This document shows, one piece after another, positions 23,573-31,839 of a stretch of 34,935 nucleotides of DNA (the stretch's first letter is position 1; each line of letters starts with the position of its first letter). The notes under the pieces were generated by a model. It ran no database searches. It saw nothing but the letters and a program-made list of their open reading frames with translations, and was not told the origin of the DNA. The DNA is from Deltaproteobacteria bacterium HGW-Deltaproteobacteria-17. GTDB lineage: Bacteria > Myxococcota_A > Polyangia > HGW-17. The stretch lies in NCBI GenBank assembly GCA_002841905.1, contig PHBF01000002.1, positions 1 to 34,935 of the forward strand. Reading direction: 5' to 3'. The position numbers and the translations under genes are program-made.

Positions 23573-24178
23573 ATGGCACAACACACTGCTAAATCACTGT
23601 TCGATCTCAACATCGTTGGGGCAAAAGAGAGCATCGCCCTCTACGAGGGTCTAGACAAGATTAGGGTTGGAGCAGACATTACATGGCTTTTGCGTGCGTC
23701 GATTGTATTCTCGGTTTCGGCGATGGATGCTTACTTCCACGACAAAGTCCGATATCGTATGGCGCAGTTCAATGTGGCAAACCTCCCAGATGCACTCCGC
23801 AATTTACAAATCAAGATGGGCGATTTGGCTGTATGGGAATCTCACAAGCGCAAGGGCAATGCCATTCGAAATATAGTGGTGGAAAGAATGGCTTTTAAAT
23901 CTTTACAGGGAATGAATCAAATTGCGGATGCCATGCGTCTCTGTGGAGAAGAAGGGTTCTGGGGGAAGGTGTATCCAGACAAGACAATTAGGGAACAAGT
24001 GCTCATTGAACTCAAGGAGTACGGCGACCGGCGCAATGATATCGTCCATGAGGGCGACAGATTATCGGCGCGCAACAGTGGAAAAGTGTTGCGTGACATA
24101 GATTTAACCTTCGCACAGGATTGTTGTCGCTTTGTAGAGAATTTGGTTACTGCTGTTGAGCAGGCGTTTGCATGGTAG
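23573..24178 (+). CDS. HEPN-domain protein (RiboL-PSP/MAE_28990-like), predicted RNase
   Basis: SD GAGGAGG upstream. Rx4H motif RNDIVH (24032-24049) in ...EYGDRRNDIVHEGD... All-helical composition. Confidence 0.65.
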   Translation: MAQHTAKSLFDLNIVGAKESIALYEGLDKIRVGADITWLLRASIVFSVSAMDAYFHDKVRYRMAQFNVANLPDALRNLQIKMGDLAVWESHKRKGNAIRNIVVERMAFKSLQGMNQIADAMRLCGEEGFWGKVYPDKTIREQVLIELKEYGDRRNDIVHEGDRLSARNSGKVLRDIDLTFAQDCCRFVENLVTAVEQAFAW

Positions 24179-24392
24179 GGCTTCACAAATTAAAAGCATT
24201 TCAACCAGTCGACCATGGGAAATACTGGATAATAAGGATTGTGTACAGCAAGCAATTAGGATGGCGTTCGAGAAATGCGACCTAATTTTTAACGTTATAG
24301 TGTTTCCCCCAAAAAATTCTCATTGACAATTCCGCCCTGCCATGGTGACCATTTACGCTGAGTCCGGCAGTGTCACCGGTCGAAAGGATGCC

Positions 24393-24941
24393 ATGCACGA
24401 AGGTTCGGATGCGGCAACCCAGGTCGAGGCGTTCATCGAGCGGTGGCAGGCGGCGGGGGGCACCGAGCGGTCCAACTTCCAGATGTTCTTCACGGAGTTG
24501 TGCTTGGTGCTGGGGCTGCCCACACCCGATCCGGCCTCCGAGATAACCCGGTACAATGTCTTTGGATTCGAAAGTGCCATGGAATCCGAAGGCCTGATTA
24601 GCTACCTTCGTCCGGAATACCAGAACCCTGCTTCGGCCACCGCGCCCACCCGCCATACCGAAAAGCTGGATCTGCCCCCCGAAGAAATCGAAACCCCTGA
24701 ATCCGCACCACCGACCCGCGCCGCTGCGTTACCATGGCCCAAGGATCCCGCTTCTCAGGCCAAAGCCCTTGCGGATCTTCTCGTCTCCTCCCCCACACCA
24801 CTCAACATCGACTCCATCGCCTCCTCCTTCACCAGCCGCGGCAAATGGAAAGCCCGTTTGCAACCGTTGCTCGAATGCTGGTGTTGTTGGGCAGGGCAAG
24901 GGAGAGTGGCGGGAAGTATTATGGAGTGTAGTAATGAGTGA
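24393..24941 (+). pseudogene. remnant of a large class-I SAM-dependent DNA methyltransferase (type IIG/IIL or BREX-PglX-like): internal deletion plus a frameshift
   Basis: The N-terminal block QVEAFIERWQAAGGTERSNFQMFFTELCLVLGLPTPDP is joined directly to the C-terminal blocks LISYLRPEYQNP ... LPWPKDPASQAKALADLL ... SRGKWKARLQPLLE. The expected end MLVLLGRARESGGKYYGV lies in another frame, consistent with a 1-nt loss in GAA(A)TG. Confidence 0.7.
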
Positions 24942-25839
24942 ATTAGAAGTTTCTATGAACAGAATGAAAGAAATAGCAGAAAAGTTGAAAAATTCTTTTC
25001 AAATACAAGATAAATTAATCAGAGAGAAAATGCTTCCATTTTTTGAAGCCCAAAAAGTAATGGAGAAATATATTGAACCAATAAAAGTTGTAAATGAAAA
25101 TTCAAAAAAAATTATGCAAACAATAAATAGTCTAAAGAAGATGTATGAACTGAATGAAAAAGAGTTGATTAGAATAAGTTCATTCACAGAGTATAATAAA
25201 AAGTATATTGATATTGCTCTGCAAAGCTATTATCAAATGGAAAAGAGCTTTTTAGAGCTTCCCCAGAAAACTAGAGAAGTATTGCTTTTACTAGGAAAAC
25301 AAGGCTGGTATTTGGATATTAATATTGCAATGTCATCTCTTTGGGAGCTTAGAGACGCACTAGTAGATGGTGATTTTGAAAATGCTCAGAATGATTTAAT
25401 CGAGTATTTTGATAAATACACAATTGAAATTCAAACCTCTTTGGTTAACAAATTCCCCACGCGTGCACATATTTTCCAAGCTGCTTTTCAGGCGCATCAA
25501 GCAGGACAATACTATTTATCAATTCCGGTACTGCTAGCACAGACTGATGGCATATGTAAAGATATTTTCAGTGGCTATTTTTTCATAAAGAAAAACAAGA
25601 AGCCTCAGACTTCAAATTATGTTGAGCAAATTGATGTTGATTCATTTTTGTCTGCACTATTAAGTCCCCTTTCAGAAATTTTGCCAATAAACGCTTCTTT
25701 GGGTGAGAGAGATGACAGTGAAAAACCTTTTAATCGACATCTTATTTTGCATGGGGATTCTCTCGATTATGGCAACAAAGTCAATAGCCTTAAGGCGATA
25801 TCCCTTTTAAATTATGTTGCTCACGTCATTGATTATTAA
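24934..25839 (+). CDS. hypothetical AT-rich gene, possible HEPN/Abi-like protein
   Basis: 301 aa and strongly AT-rich compared with its surroundings. Contains an Rx4H-type motif NRHLILHG near the C-terminus. It starts 2 nt after the pseudogene's original stop. Confidence 0.65.
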   Translation: MSELEVSMNRMKEIAEKLKNSFQIQDKLIREKMLPFFEAQKVMEKYIEPIKVVNENSKKIMQTINSLKKMYELNEKELIRISSFTEYNKKYIDIALQSYYQMEKSFLELPQKTREVLLLLGKQGWYLDINIAMSSLWELRDALVDGDFENAQNDLIEYFDKYTIEIQTSLVNKFPTRAHIFQAAFQAHQAGQYYLSIPVLLAQTDGICKDIFSGYFFIKKNKKPQTSNYVEQIDVDSFLSALLSPLSEILPINASLGERDDSEKPFNRHLILHGDSLDYGNKVNSLKAISLLNYVAHVIDY

Positions 25840-26135
25840 CGTAAAAATTATCTATAGAACTAAGCAAAATGCTTCATTTGAAACAATATATACCAAGCCC
25901 ATGTTTCACAAATCTGGATTCATCTACTTCGAAAACACTAGGCGAAATGGCGACAAGGGCGTTGATTGCGACGAGTTGGCGCGCAAGCTCAAGGAGCTGG
26001 GCCTAGGCGTGAAAACGGAGTTGATCGAACAGGTGAGCGTGGACCCGTCGTGGTTCCAGGGGCTGTGAGAGTGACACCATGAGACAGAAGAGAACTGATG
26101 CAGCAACTTTTCCCCAATTCGGAGGGAACTGAAGC

Positions 26136-27146
26136 ATGACCGACCTCATCCTCTACACCACCGCCGATGGTCGCAGCCAGATCCAGCTGCGAGCGAAACA
26201 TCACACCGTCTGGCTGACCCAGAAGGAGATGTCGCAACTCTTTGATGTAAGCACCGACAACGTGGGGTTGCATCTGAAGAATATCTTCGAGGACGGGGAA
26301 TTGAGCCGGGAGTCGACTACCGAGGAATCCTCGGTAGTTCAAATCGAAGGCGGGCGCGAGGTTCGGCGCCCGGTCACGCTCTACAACCTCGAAGCCATTT
26401 TAGCTGTGGGCTACCGGGTGCGCTCGCCGCGTGGGGTGCAGTTCCGCCGCTGGGCTTCCACTGTCCTCAAGGAATACCTCGTGAAGGGCTTCGCGATGGA
26501 CGACGAGCGGCTGAAGAATCCGGATGGCCGCCCGGATTACTTCGACGAAATGCTGGCGCGGATCCGCGACATCCGTGCCTCGGAAAAGCGCTTTTATCAG
26601 AAAGTGCGCGACCTCTTTGCCCTCTGCGTCGACTACGACAAGACCGACGCAGCCACCCATACGTTCTTTGCCACCGTGCAGAACCAACTCCTTTATGCCG
26701 TGACCCAGAAGACGGCGGCCGAGCTGATCACCGCGCGGGCCAATCCCGCCGATGCGCATTTCGGGCTGTCCACCTGGAAAGGCAACAAAGTGCACAAGAC
26801 GGATATTGTCGTGGCCAAGAATTATCTGACCGAGGACGAGATCGACACCCTGAATCGGCTGGTGGTCATCTTCCTCGAAACCGCCGAACTGCGCGCCAAG
26901 AACCGGCAGGAGACGCGGATGGGGTTTTGGAAGCAGAACGTGGATCAGATCATCACCTCTAATGGTTTTTCGCTGCTCACCCACGCCGGTTCCGTCAGTC
27001 ATGAACAGATGGAGGCGCACACGAGTGAACTGTACCTCCAGTTCGACCAGCAGCGCAAAACACGGGATGCGCTGGAAGCCGACGGGCAGGACGAAGTGGA
27101 CCTCAAAGAACTCGAAAATACCATCAAAGGACGCCCCCTCCCATGA
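26136..27146 (+). CDS. rhuM: RhuM family virulence/filamentation-like protein
   Basis: MTDLILYTTADGRSQIQLRAKHHTVWLTQKEMSQLFDVSTDNVGLHLKNIF..LEAILAVGYRVRSPRGVQFRRWAS..LKEYLVKGF is the canonical RhuM N-terminus. SD GGAGGG upstream. Confidence 0.9.
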   Translation: MTDLILYTTADGRSQIQLRAKHHTVWLTQKEMSQLFDVSTDNVGLHLKNIFEDGELSRESTTEESSVVQIEGGREVRRPVTLYNLEAILAVGYRVRSPRGVQFRRWASTVLKEYLVKGFAMDDERLKNPDGRPDYFDEMLARIRDIRASEKRFYQKVRDLFALCVDYDKTDAATHTFFATVQNQLLYAVTQKTAAELITARANPADAHFGLSTWKGNKVHKTDIVVAKNYLTEDEIDTLNRLVVIFLETAELRAKNRQETRMGFWKQNVDQIITSNGFSLLTHAGSVSHEQMEAHTSELYLQFDQQRKTRDALEADGQDEVDLKELENTIKGRPLP

Positions 27147-27298
27147 CCGACAACCACCAGAACACGGCTGTGGGAGAGGAGGAGATCGACCTGCAAGCCG
27201 TTCATGCGGAACTGGTCACCCTGGAAAAAGAAATCGAGACGGCCCGGGACAAGCACAATGCCTTTCTCAAAGAACTTGGATTACCGCCTTTGCTGTGA
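27143..27298 (+). CDS. possible 51-aa coiled-coil protein translationally coupled to rhuM
   Basis: ATGA start/stop overlap with rhuM. MTDNHQNTAVGEEEIDLQAVHAELVTLEKEIETARDKHNAFLKELGLPPLL. Below the ORF-track length cutoff. Confidence 0.35.
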   Translation: MTDNHQNTAVGEEEIDLQAVHAELVTLEKEIETARDKHNAFLKELGLPPLL

Positions 27299-27374
27299 GC
27301 CTCGAGGCGATGCGGTGTGCCCGCACTTGACATCCCGGCGACTCAAATGGATGATCTTCCACAGAGGTGAATCC

Positions 27375-28292
27375 GTGGCTGAGAATCGCATTTCACGACC
27401 TGGTAGGACATTGGCATTGATCGTGCAGATGGTCCTCTGCGTTTCCTGTGGACGTCGTGACGCGGGGAATCTCAGAGCGGCCCACCAGTTCATCGACGAC
27501 TGGGAATCACTCCCCTCCGCCGTGCGAGGCAGCCAACTGCCCCGGATCGAACGATTTCGAAAGGGTGGCAAGGAGTTGGTCTTCCTGGCCACGACTCATG
27601 AATCCAACCCCACCAGTGAGACGTTTGGCATGATCCGGGAGGAGCTCTCCCGCAAAGACCTTGAACTGGTGATTGTGGAAGGGGTGCCCACCCAGTTGGG
27701 CCTCTCCAACAGTTTGTACCTTTCCCAGATTCTTCCCAAACCGGGGAAGCCCCACGCCTGGCCGGGAGAAAACGCCTATGCCGCCTGGATCGCGCACCAG
27801 CGGGGCATCCCGTTTCTGGGCGGGGAACCCACCCGCCGGGAGATGCAGCAGGCGCTGGTTCCCGTGGGAATCACGGCGCGGGACCTGATCTATTTTTTTG
27901 TGGTCTCCAATATCCTGCCCCTTCGTCGAGCCGGCCTGGCGGTGAACACCAGCTCCGATCAGTACCTGGTCCGAGCGCTGGCGGACAGTCGGCGTGGATT
28001 CCATGTTGCGGATCCCGCCGCGCTGTCCGAGGAGGATTTCAGGAAATGGTATCAAGAGGGCAACGGCAAACCGTTCTCCCTGGATGCAATCACGCTCCAG
28101 GAGTGTGCCCCCCTGGGCAGGTCCTCCCTGAAAACCAACCAGATCTCGTATCGATGGGAGCAATTCCGGAACCGCCACCTCCTGGATCTGATCGCCCGTT
28201 CTTTCCAACAGAGAAGGCGTGTCCTGGTCGTCTTCGGCGGGGGACACTTTCTGGAACTGCAAAGAGCCCTCCACCAGATGTTTGACGGTTGA
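27375..28292 (+). CDS. secreted hypothetical protein (possibly TraB/GumN-like)
   Basis: GTG 27375 follows AGAGGTG and gives the signal peptide (M)AENRISRPGRTLALIVQMVLCVSC. An alternative ATG lies at 27351. The C-terminal VVFGGGHFLEL resembles the GAGHL block of TraB/GumN proteins. The upstream part of the track ORF (27204-) overlaps the small ORF. Confidence 0.6.
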   Translation: MAENRISRPGRTLALIVQMVLCVSCGRRDAGNLRAAHQFIDDWESLPSAVRGSQLPRIERFRKGGKELVFLATTHESNPTSETFGMIREELSRKDLELVIVEGVPTQLGLSNSLYLSQILPKPGKPHAWPGENAYAAWIAHQRGIPFLGGEPTRREMQQALVPVGITARDLIYFFVVSNILPLRRAGLAVNTSSDQYLVRALADSRRGFHVADPAALSEEDFRKWYQEGNGKPFSLDAITLQECAPLGRSSLKTNQISYRWEQFRNRHLLDLIARSFQQRRRVLVVFGGGHFLELQRALHQMFDG

Positions 28293-28371
28293 GTCTCTTC
28301 CTGAGCACACTTGGCGGTGAAAATTCTTGGCGGGGGGAATGAAGAAATTTGAAAAATTTTGGCGGAGCGGC

Positions 28372-28401
28372 TTGACAAATCGAGTTATTGAGTAATAACT
28401 C
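28372..28401 (+). promoter_or_regulatory. promoter with an overlapping palindromic operator upstream of the TetR gene
   Basis: TTGACA 28372-28377. Inverted repeat GAGTTATT-gagt-AATAACTC (28382-28401) ends 6 nt before ATG 28408, with no SD. Confidence 0.45.
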
Positions 28402-28407
28402 AATATC

Positions 28408-29013
28408 ATGACCGGACGACCTCGCCTCATCCTGGAAGAACAAATACTCGATGCAGCCTGCCAGGTGTTTCGAGAAGAGGGACACGCCACGACGACGGCC
28501 AAGATTGCCCAGCGGGCCGGCGTGTCCGAGGGCATCATCTTCTATCGCTTCAAGTCCAAGGAGGTGCTGCTGGCTGCGGTGATCCGCAGGGAGACGCAGC
28601 CCCCGGCGTTGATCCTGAACCTTGCGGAGCGGGTCGGCCGGGAAACCGTGGCGGATACGTTGCATCTGATCCTGACCGAGGTTCTGGTGTCGGTCTTTCG
28701 GGGACATCCCTTTTTCGAAATCATGGAGACCAGTCCTTCGTTTGCCGGGACTCGAAAACACCTGCTCTCCAATACGCTCAAGCCGCCCCCGCAGGTCATC
28801 GTGGAGTCAATCGCCGAATACCTCGAGGCCGAGATCCGCCTCGGTCGGGTCCGGCGGGTGTCGACGCTGTCGGCAGCCCGGGCCATGTTCGGCGGCTGCA
28901 TCGATTACGTGCGTTCCCGCAGATTCTGTGGTCCGGACGAGGGCCAGGAGTCCTTCGTGCAGGGACTGGTCGATTTCTTCCTCGGCGGGTTGGCGCCCGT
29001 GGAGGAGGACTAG
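28408..29013 (+). CDS. TetR/AcrR family transcriptional regulator
   Basis: N-terminal HTH ILDAACQVFREEGHATTTAKIAQRAGVSEGIIFYRFKSKEVLL. Confidence 0.9.
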   Translation: MTGRPRLILEEQILDAACQVFREEGHATTTAKIAQRAGVSEGIIFYRFKSKEVLLAAVIRRETQPPALILNLAERVGRETVADTLHLILTEVLVSVFRGHPFFEIMETSPSFAGTRKHLLSNTLKPPPQVIVESIAEYLEAEIRLGRVRRVSTLSAARAMFGGCIDYVRSRRFCGPDEGQESFVQGLVDFFLGGLAPVEED

Positions 29014-29029
29014 AGGAGTCGTTGAATCC

Positions 29030-30547
29030 ATGTCACCACGCCTGCGACCGGCCACAAGAAGAACTGCCCTGGTGACGGAAAGGTGCGCCCAAGGGCTAGG
29101 TCGCGGAGCGGGTTGGGTCGTCAGCCGGATCCTGCCGATATTGATGGCGTGGTGCCTGATGGGCGCCTGCGGTCGGGGAGCGACCTATCGCAAGCCGGAT
29201 CTGCGGATTCCGGGGAGCTGGGATTCGGATGGTGCGACGGTGGGAGCCGGGATCAGGACGGATGAAGCCGGCGACCTGAGCGCCTGGTGGCGCCGTCTCA
29301 ACGATCCGGTGCTCTCCGGGCTGATCCAGGAGGCCCTTGGCTCGAACATGGATCTGCTCAAATCCGTGGCGCGGCTGCGGGAGGCCCGTGAACGCCGCGT
29401 CATGGCGGAGGCGGCTCGCAAGCCGACGGTGTCGGGCTCCGGCTCGGCAGGCACCCGGTTGTCGTCGAATCTGGAGGGAAGAACCGAGAACACCAACTCC
29501 CTGGCCGCCGGTCTCGACGCGAGCTGGGAGCTGGACGTGTTCGGCGGCGTGTCCGGGGCCATCGATGCGGCGGTGGCGGACGTGGAAGTGGTCGAGGCCG
29601 AGACCCATGGCGTTCGGGTTTCCCTGGCGGCAGAGGTGGGGCTGGCCTACGTGGAGTTCCGGTCCGTGCGCCTGCGTCTCGCGATCTTTGAAAAGAGCAC
29701 GGCCCTGCAGGAGGAGACGCTGCAATTGCTCCGCCTGAGGAACGACTCCGGGCTGGACAACGCCCAGGAGCTGGAGCAGGCGATCAGTCAACTGGAACAG
29801 ACCCGCGCCCAGCTTCCGGTGCTCCAACTCAGCGCCTCCGAGGCCGTGTATAGGCTGGACCTGCTGCTGGGACTCAGTCCCGGTTCGACGCGCGCCCGGC
29901 TCGCGGGGGAAGCGGATCTGCCGCGGATTCCGGCCACCATTGCCATCGGCATTCCGGCCGAGGTGCTGCGCCGCCGTCCCGACATCCGGGCGGCCGAACG
30001 CAAGCTGGTCGCGGAGACGGCCCGAGAGGGCGTGGCCCGGGCCCAGTTGTATCCGTCCTTCAAATTGTCCGGTTCCTTCGGGGTCGAGATGCTTCTGGGA
30101 AACGGCACCAGTGCCTTTCTTTCATTGCTAGGCGGCATCACGGTCCCCCTGTTCGACGGTGGTCGCCTCCGTGCGCAACTGAGGTTGCAGACGGCCGTGT
30201 GCGATCAGGCCCTGCTGGCTTATCGGCAGGTCATCCTCACCGCCCTGCGGGAGGTGCAGGGCGCGGTGTCGACGCTGACGCGACAACGGGAGCGCAAAGA
30301 AACCCTGACGCGCGCACTGGAGGCGGCTCGCCGCGCCGATGAGTTGGCCAGGCAGCGGTTTACGGCCGGCGTGATCGACTTCCAGCCCGTGCTCGATACC
30401 GGTCGCTCGCTGCTCACCCTGGAAGATAGCCTGGCAACCACGCGAGCGGCAGAGGTCAACGCGCTCATCCAGTTGTACAAGGCGCTGGGAGGCGGATGGT
30501 CTCCCGCGTCTTCATCCGGCCAAGCCGGCGAGGGCCACAAGCCATGA
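29030..30547 (+). CDS. efflux outer-membrane factor lipoprotein (NodT/TolC family)
   Basis: Lipobox-like LMGAC followed by YRKPDLRIPGSW. Two long helical repeat halves ending ..LIQLYKALGGGW. The start is uncertain (29030 ATG, or internal GTG/ATG up to 29144). The track ORF extends upstream into the TetR gene in another frame. Confidence 0.85.
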   Translation: MSPRLRPATRRTALVTERCAQGLGRGAGWVVSRILPILMAWCLMGACGRGATYRKPDLRIPGSWDSDGATVGAGIRTDEAGDLSAWWRRLNDPVLSGLIQEALGSNMDLLKSVARLREARERRVMAEAARKPTVSGSGSAGTRLSSNLEGRTENTNSLAAGLDASWELDVFGGVSGAIDAAVADVEVVEAETHGVRVSLAAEVGLAYVEFRSVRLRLAIFEKSTALQEETLQLLRLRNDSGLDNAQELEQAISQLEQTRAQLPVLQLSASEAVYRLDLLLGLSPGSTRARLAGEADLPRIPATIAIGIPAEVLRRRPDIRAAERKLVAETAREGVARAQLYPSFKLSGSFGVEMLLGNGTSAFLSLLGGITVPLFDGGRLRAQLRLQTAVCDQALLAYRQVILTALREVQGAVSTLTRQRERKETLTRALEAARRADELARQRFTAGVIDFQPVLDTGRSLLTLEDSLATTRAAEVNALIQLYKALGGGWSPASSSGQAGEGHKP

Positions 30548-31839
30548 AGAAAAAGGAATCCGCTCCCGTCCCCACAGAGCCGAATCTGAAAGATCAGATC
30601 GCCCAGCACACGAAGGGCTCCCGTGTGCGAAAGTTCGTGATTTTGGCCGCCCTGGGCGTGATGGGATTCGTGGGGTACCAGGTTTTTTTCGTCTCCGGAA
30701 AAGGTGAGACCCGGTTGAACTATCAGACCGAACCGGCGAAGCGGGGCACGCTGGTGGTCAAGGTCTCGGCCACGGGGAACCTGCAGCCGCTCAAGAAGGT
30801 GGAGATCTCCAGCGAATTGTCGGGCATCATCACGGAGGTGAAGGTGGACGACAACGACCAGGTCATCAAGCTCCAGGTGCTGGCCCAGCTGGATCTGGCC
30901 AAGTTAAAGGACGCTGTGCGGAAGTCCGAGGCCAACCTGTCGGCGGCGCAGGCCCAGGTGCAGCAGGCTCAGGCCACCCTGGACGAGACCCGCGTGCAGT
31001 TGGCGCGGCTGAAGAAGCTCGCCGAACTCTCGGGTGGCCGTCTGCCGGCGGAGCACGAACTGGACACGGCCAAGGCCAACCTGAAGCGAGCTGAAGCGGC
31101 CATGGCGATCGCGCGGGCCAGCGTCACCCAGGCCCGGGCCAACCTGCAGTCTGATGCGACCAACATGGAAAAGGCCACGATCCGTTCGCCCATCGACGGC
31201 GTCGTGCTCTCCCGCAGCGTGGAACCCGGTCAGACCGTGGCCGCGTCCTTCCAGGCGCCGGTGCTGTTCACGCTGGCCGAGGATCTGCGAAAGATGGAGC
31301 TGCAGGTGGACATCGACGAGGCCGACGTGGGTCAGGTGAAGGCCGGACAGAGGGTGACCTTCAGCGTGGATGCCTGGCCCGGTCGGGAGTACCCGGGAAC
31401 CATCACACGGGTGGCGCTTGGATCGCAGACCAAGGATGGAGTGGTGTCCTATCCGACCGTGATCGACGTGAGGAACGAGGATCTGAGCCTGCGGCCCGGC
31501 ATGACGGGGACGGCTGAGATCGTCACGATGGCCAGGGAGGACGTGCTGCTGGTGCCCAACGCGGCCCTGCGGTTCACACCCACGCCCGGCGCGGGTTTTG
31601 CCAAGCGGTCCGGCGGCTGCCTGATGGGAAGCCTGATGCCCGGGCCCCCCCGGATGATGAAGAAGCCGCCGTCGCTGCCGGGGGGCAACACGCCGAAGGT
31701 CTGGGTGCTTCGTGATGGCCGGCCGGAGCCGGTGGAGGTGAAGACCGGGGCGACTGACGGACAGATGACCGAAATCACCGGAGGTGCGCTGCAGCCCGGA
31801 GATGAAGTGATCACCGACACCACGGCGGCCGTACAATGA
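30544..31839 (+). CDS. efflux periplasmic adaptor (HlyD/MacA family)
   Basis: ATGA overlap with the OMF gene. An N-terminal TM anchor is followed by VSATGNLQPLKKVEISSELSGIITEVKVDDND, a long coiled coil, and IRSPIDGVVLSRSVEPGQTV. Confidence 0.9.
   Translation: MKKKESAPVPTEPNLKDQIAQHTKGSRVRKFVILAALGVMGFVGYQVFFVSGKGETRLNYQTEPAKRGTLVVKVSATGNLQPLKKVEISSELSGIITEVKVDDNDQVIKLQVLAQLDLAKLKDAVRKSEANLSAAQAQVQQAQATLDETRVQLARLKKLAELSGGRLPAEHELDTAKANLKRAEAAMAIARASVTQARANLQSDATNMEKATIRSPIDGVVLSRSVEPGQTVAASFQAPVLFTLAEDLRKMELQVDIDEADVGQVKAGQRVTFSVDAWPGREYPGTITRVALGSQTKDGVVSYPTVIDVRNEDLSLRPGMTGTAEIVTMAREDVLLVPNAALRFTPTPGAGFAKRSGGCLMGSLMPGPPRMMKKPPSLPGGNTPKVWVLRDGRPEPVEVKTGATDGQMTEITGGALQPGDEVITDTTAAVQ

Noticed and set aside
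25814-26068. 84-aa ORF spanning the AT-rich to GC-rich junction
   Set aside because: It is chimeric across an abrupt composition boundary (~25930) and overlaps the end of the 24934-25839 gene. Only the GC-rich tail looks like former coding sequence, so it is probably a remnant.
28742-29029. The upstream 96 codons of track ORF 28742-30547
   Set aside because: They overlap the well-supported TetR CDS in another frame. The OMF lipoprotein signal (…LMGAC) argues for a start at or after 29030.
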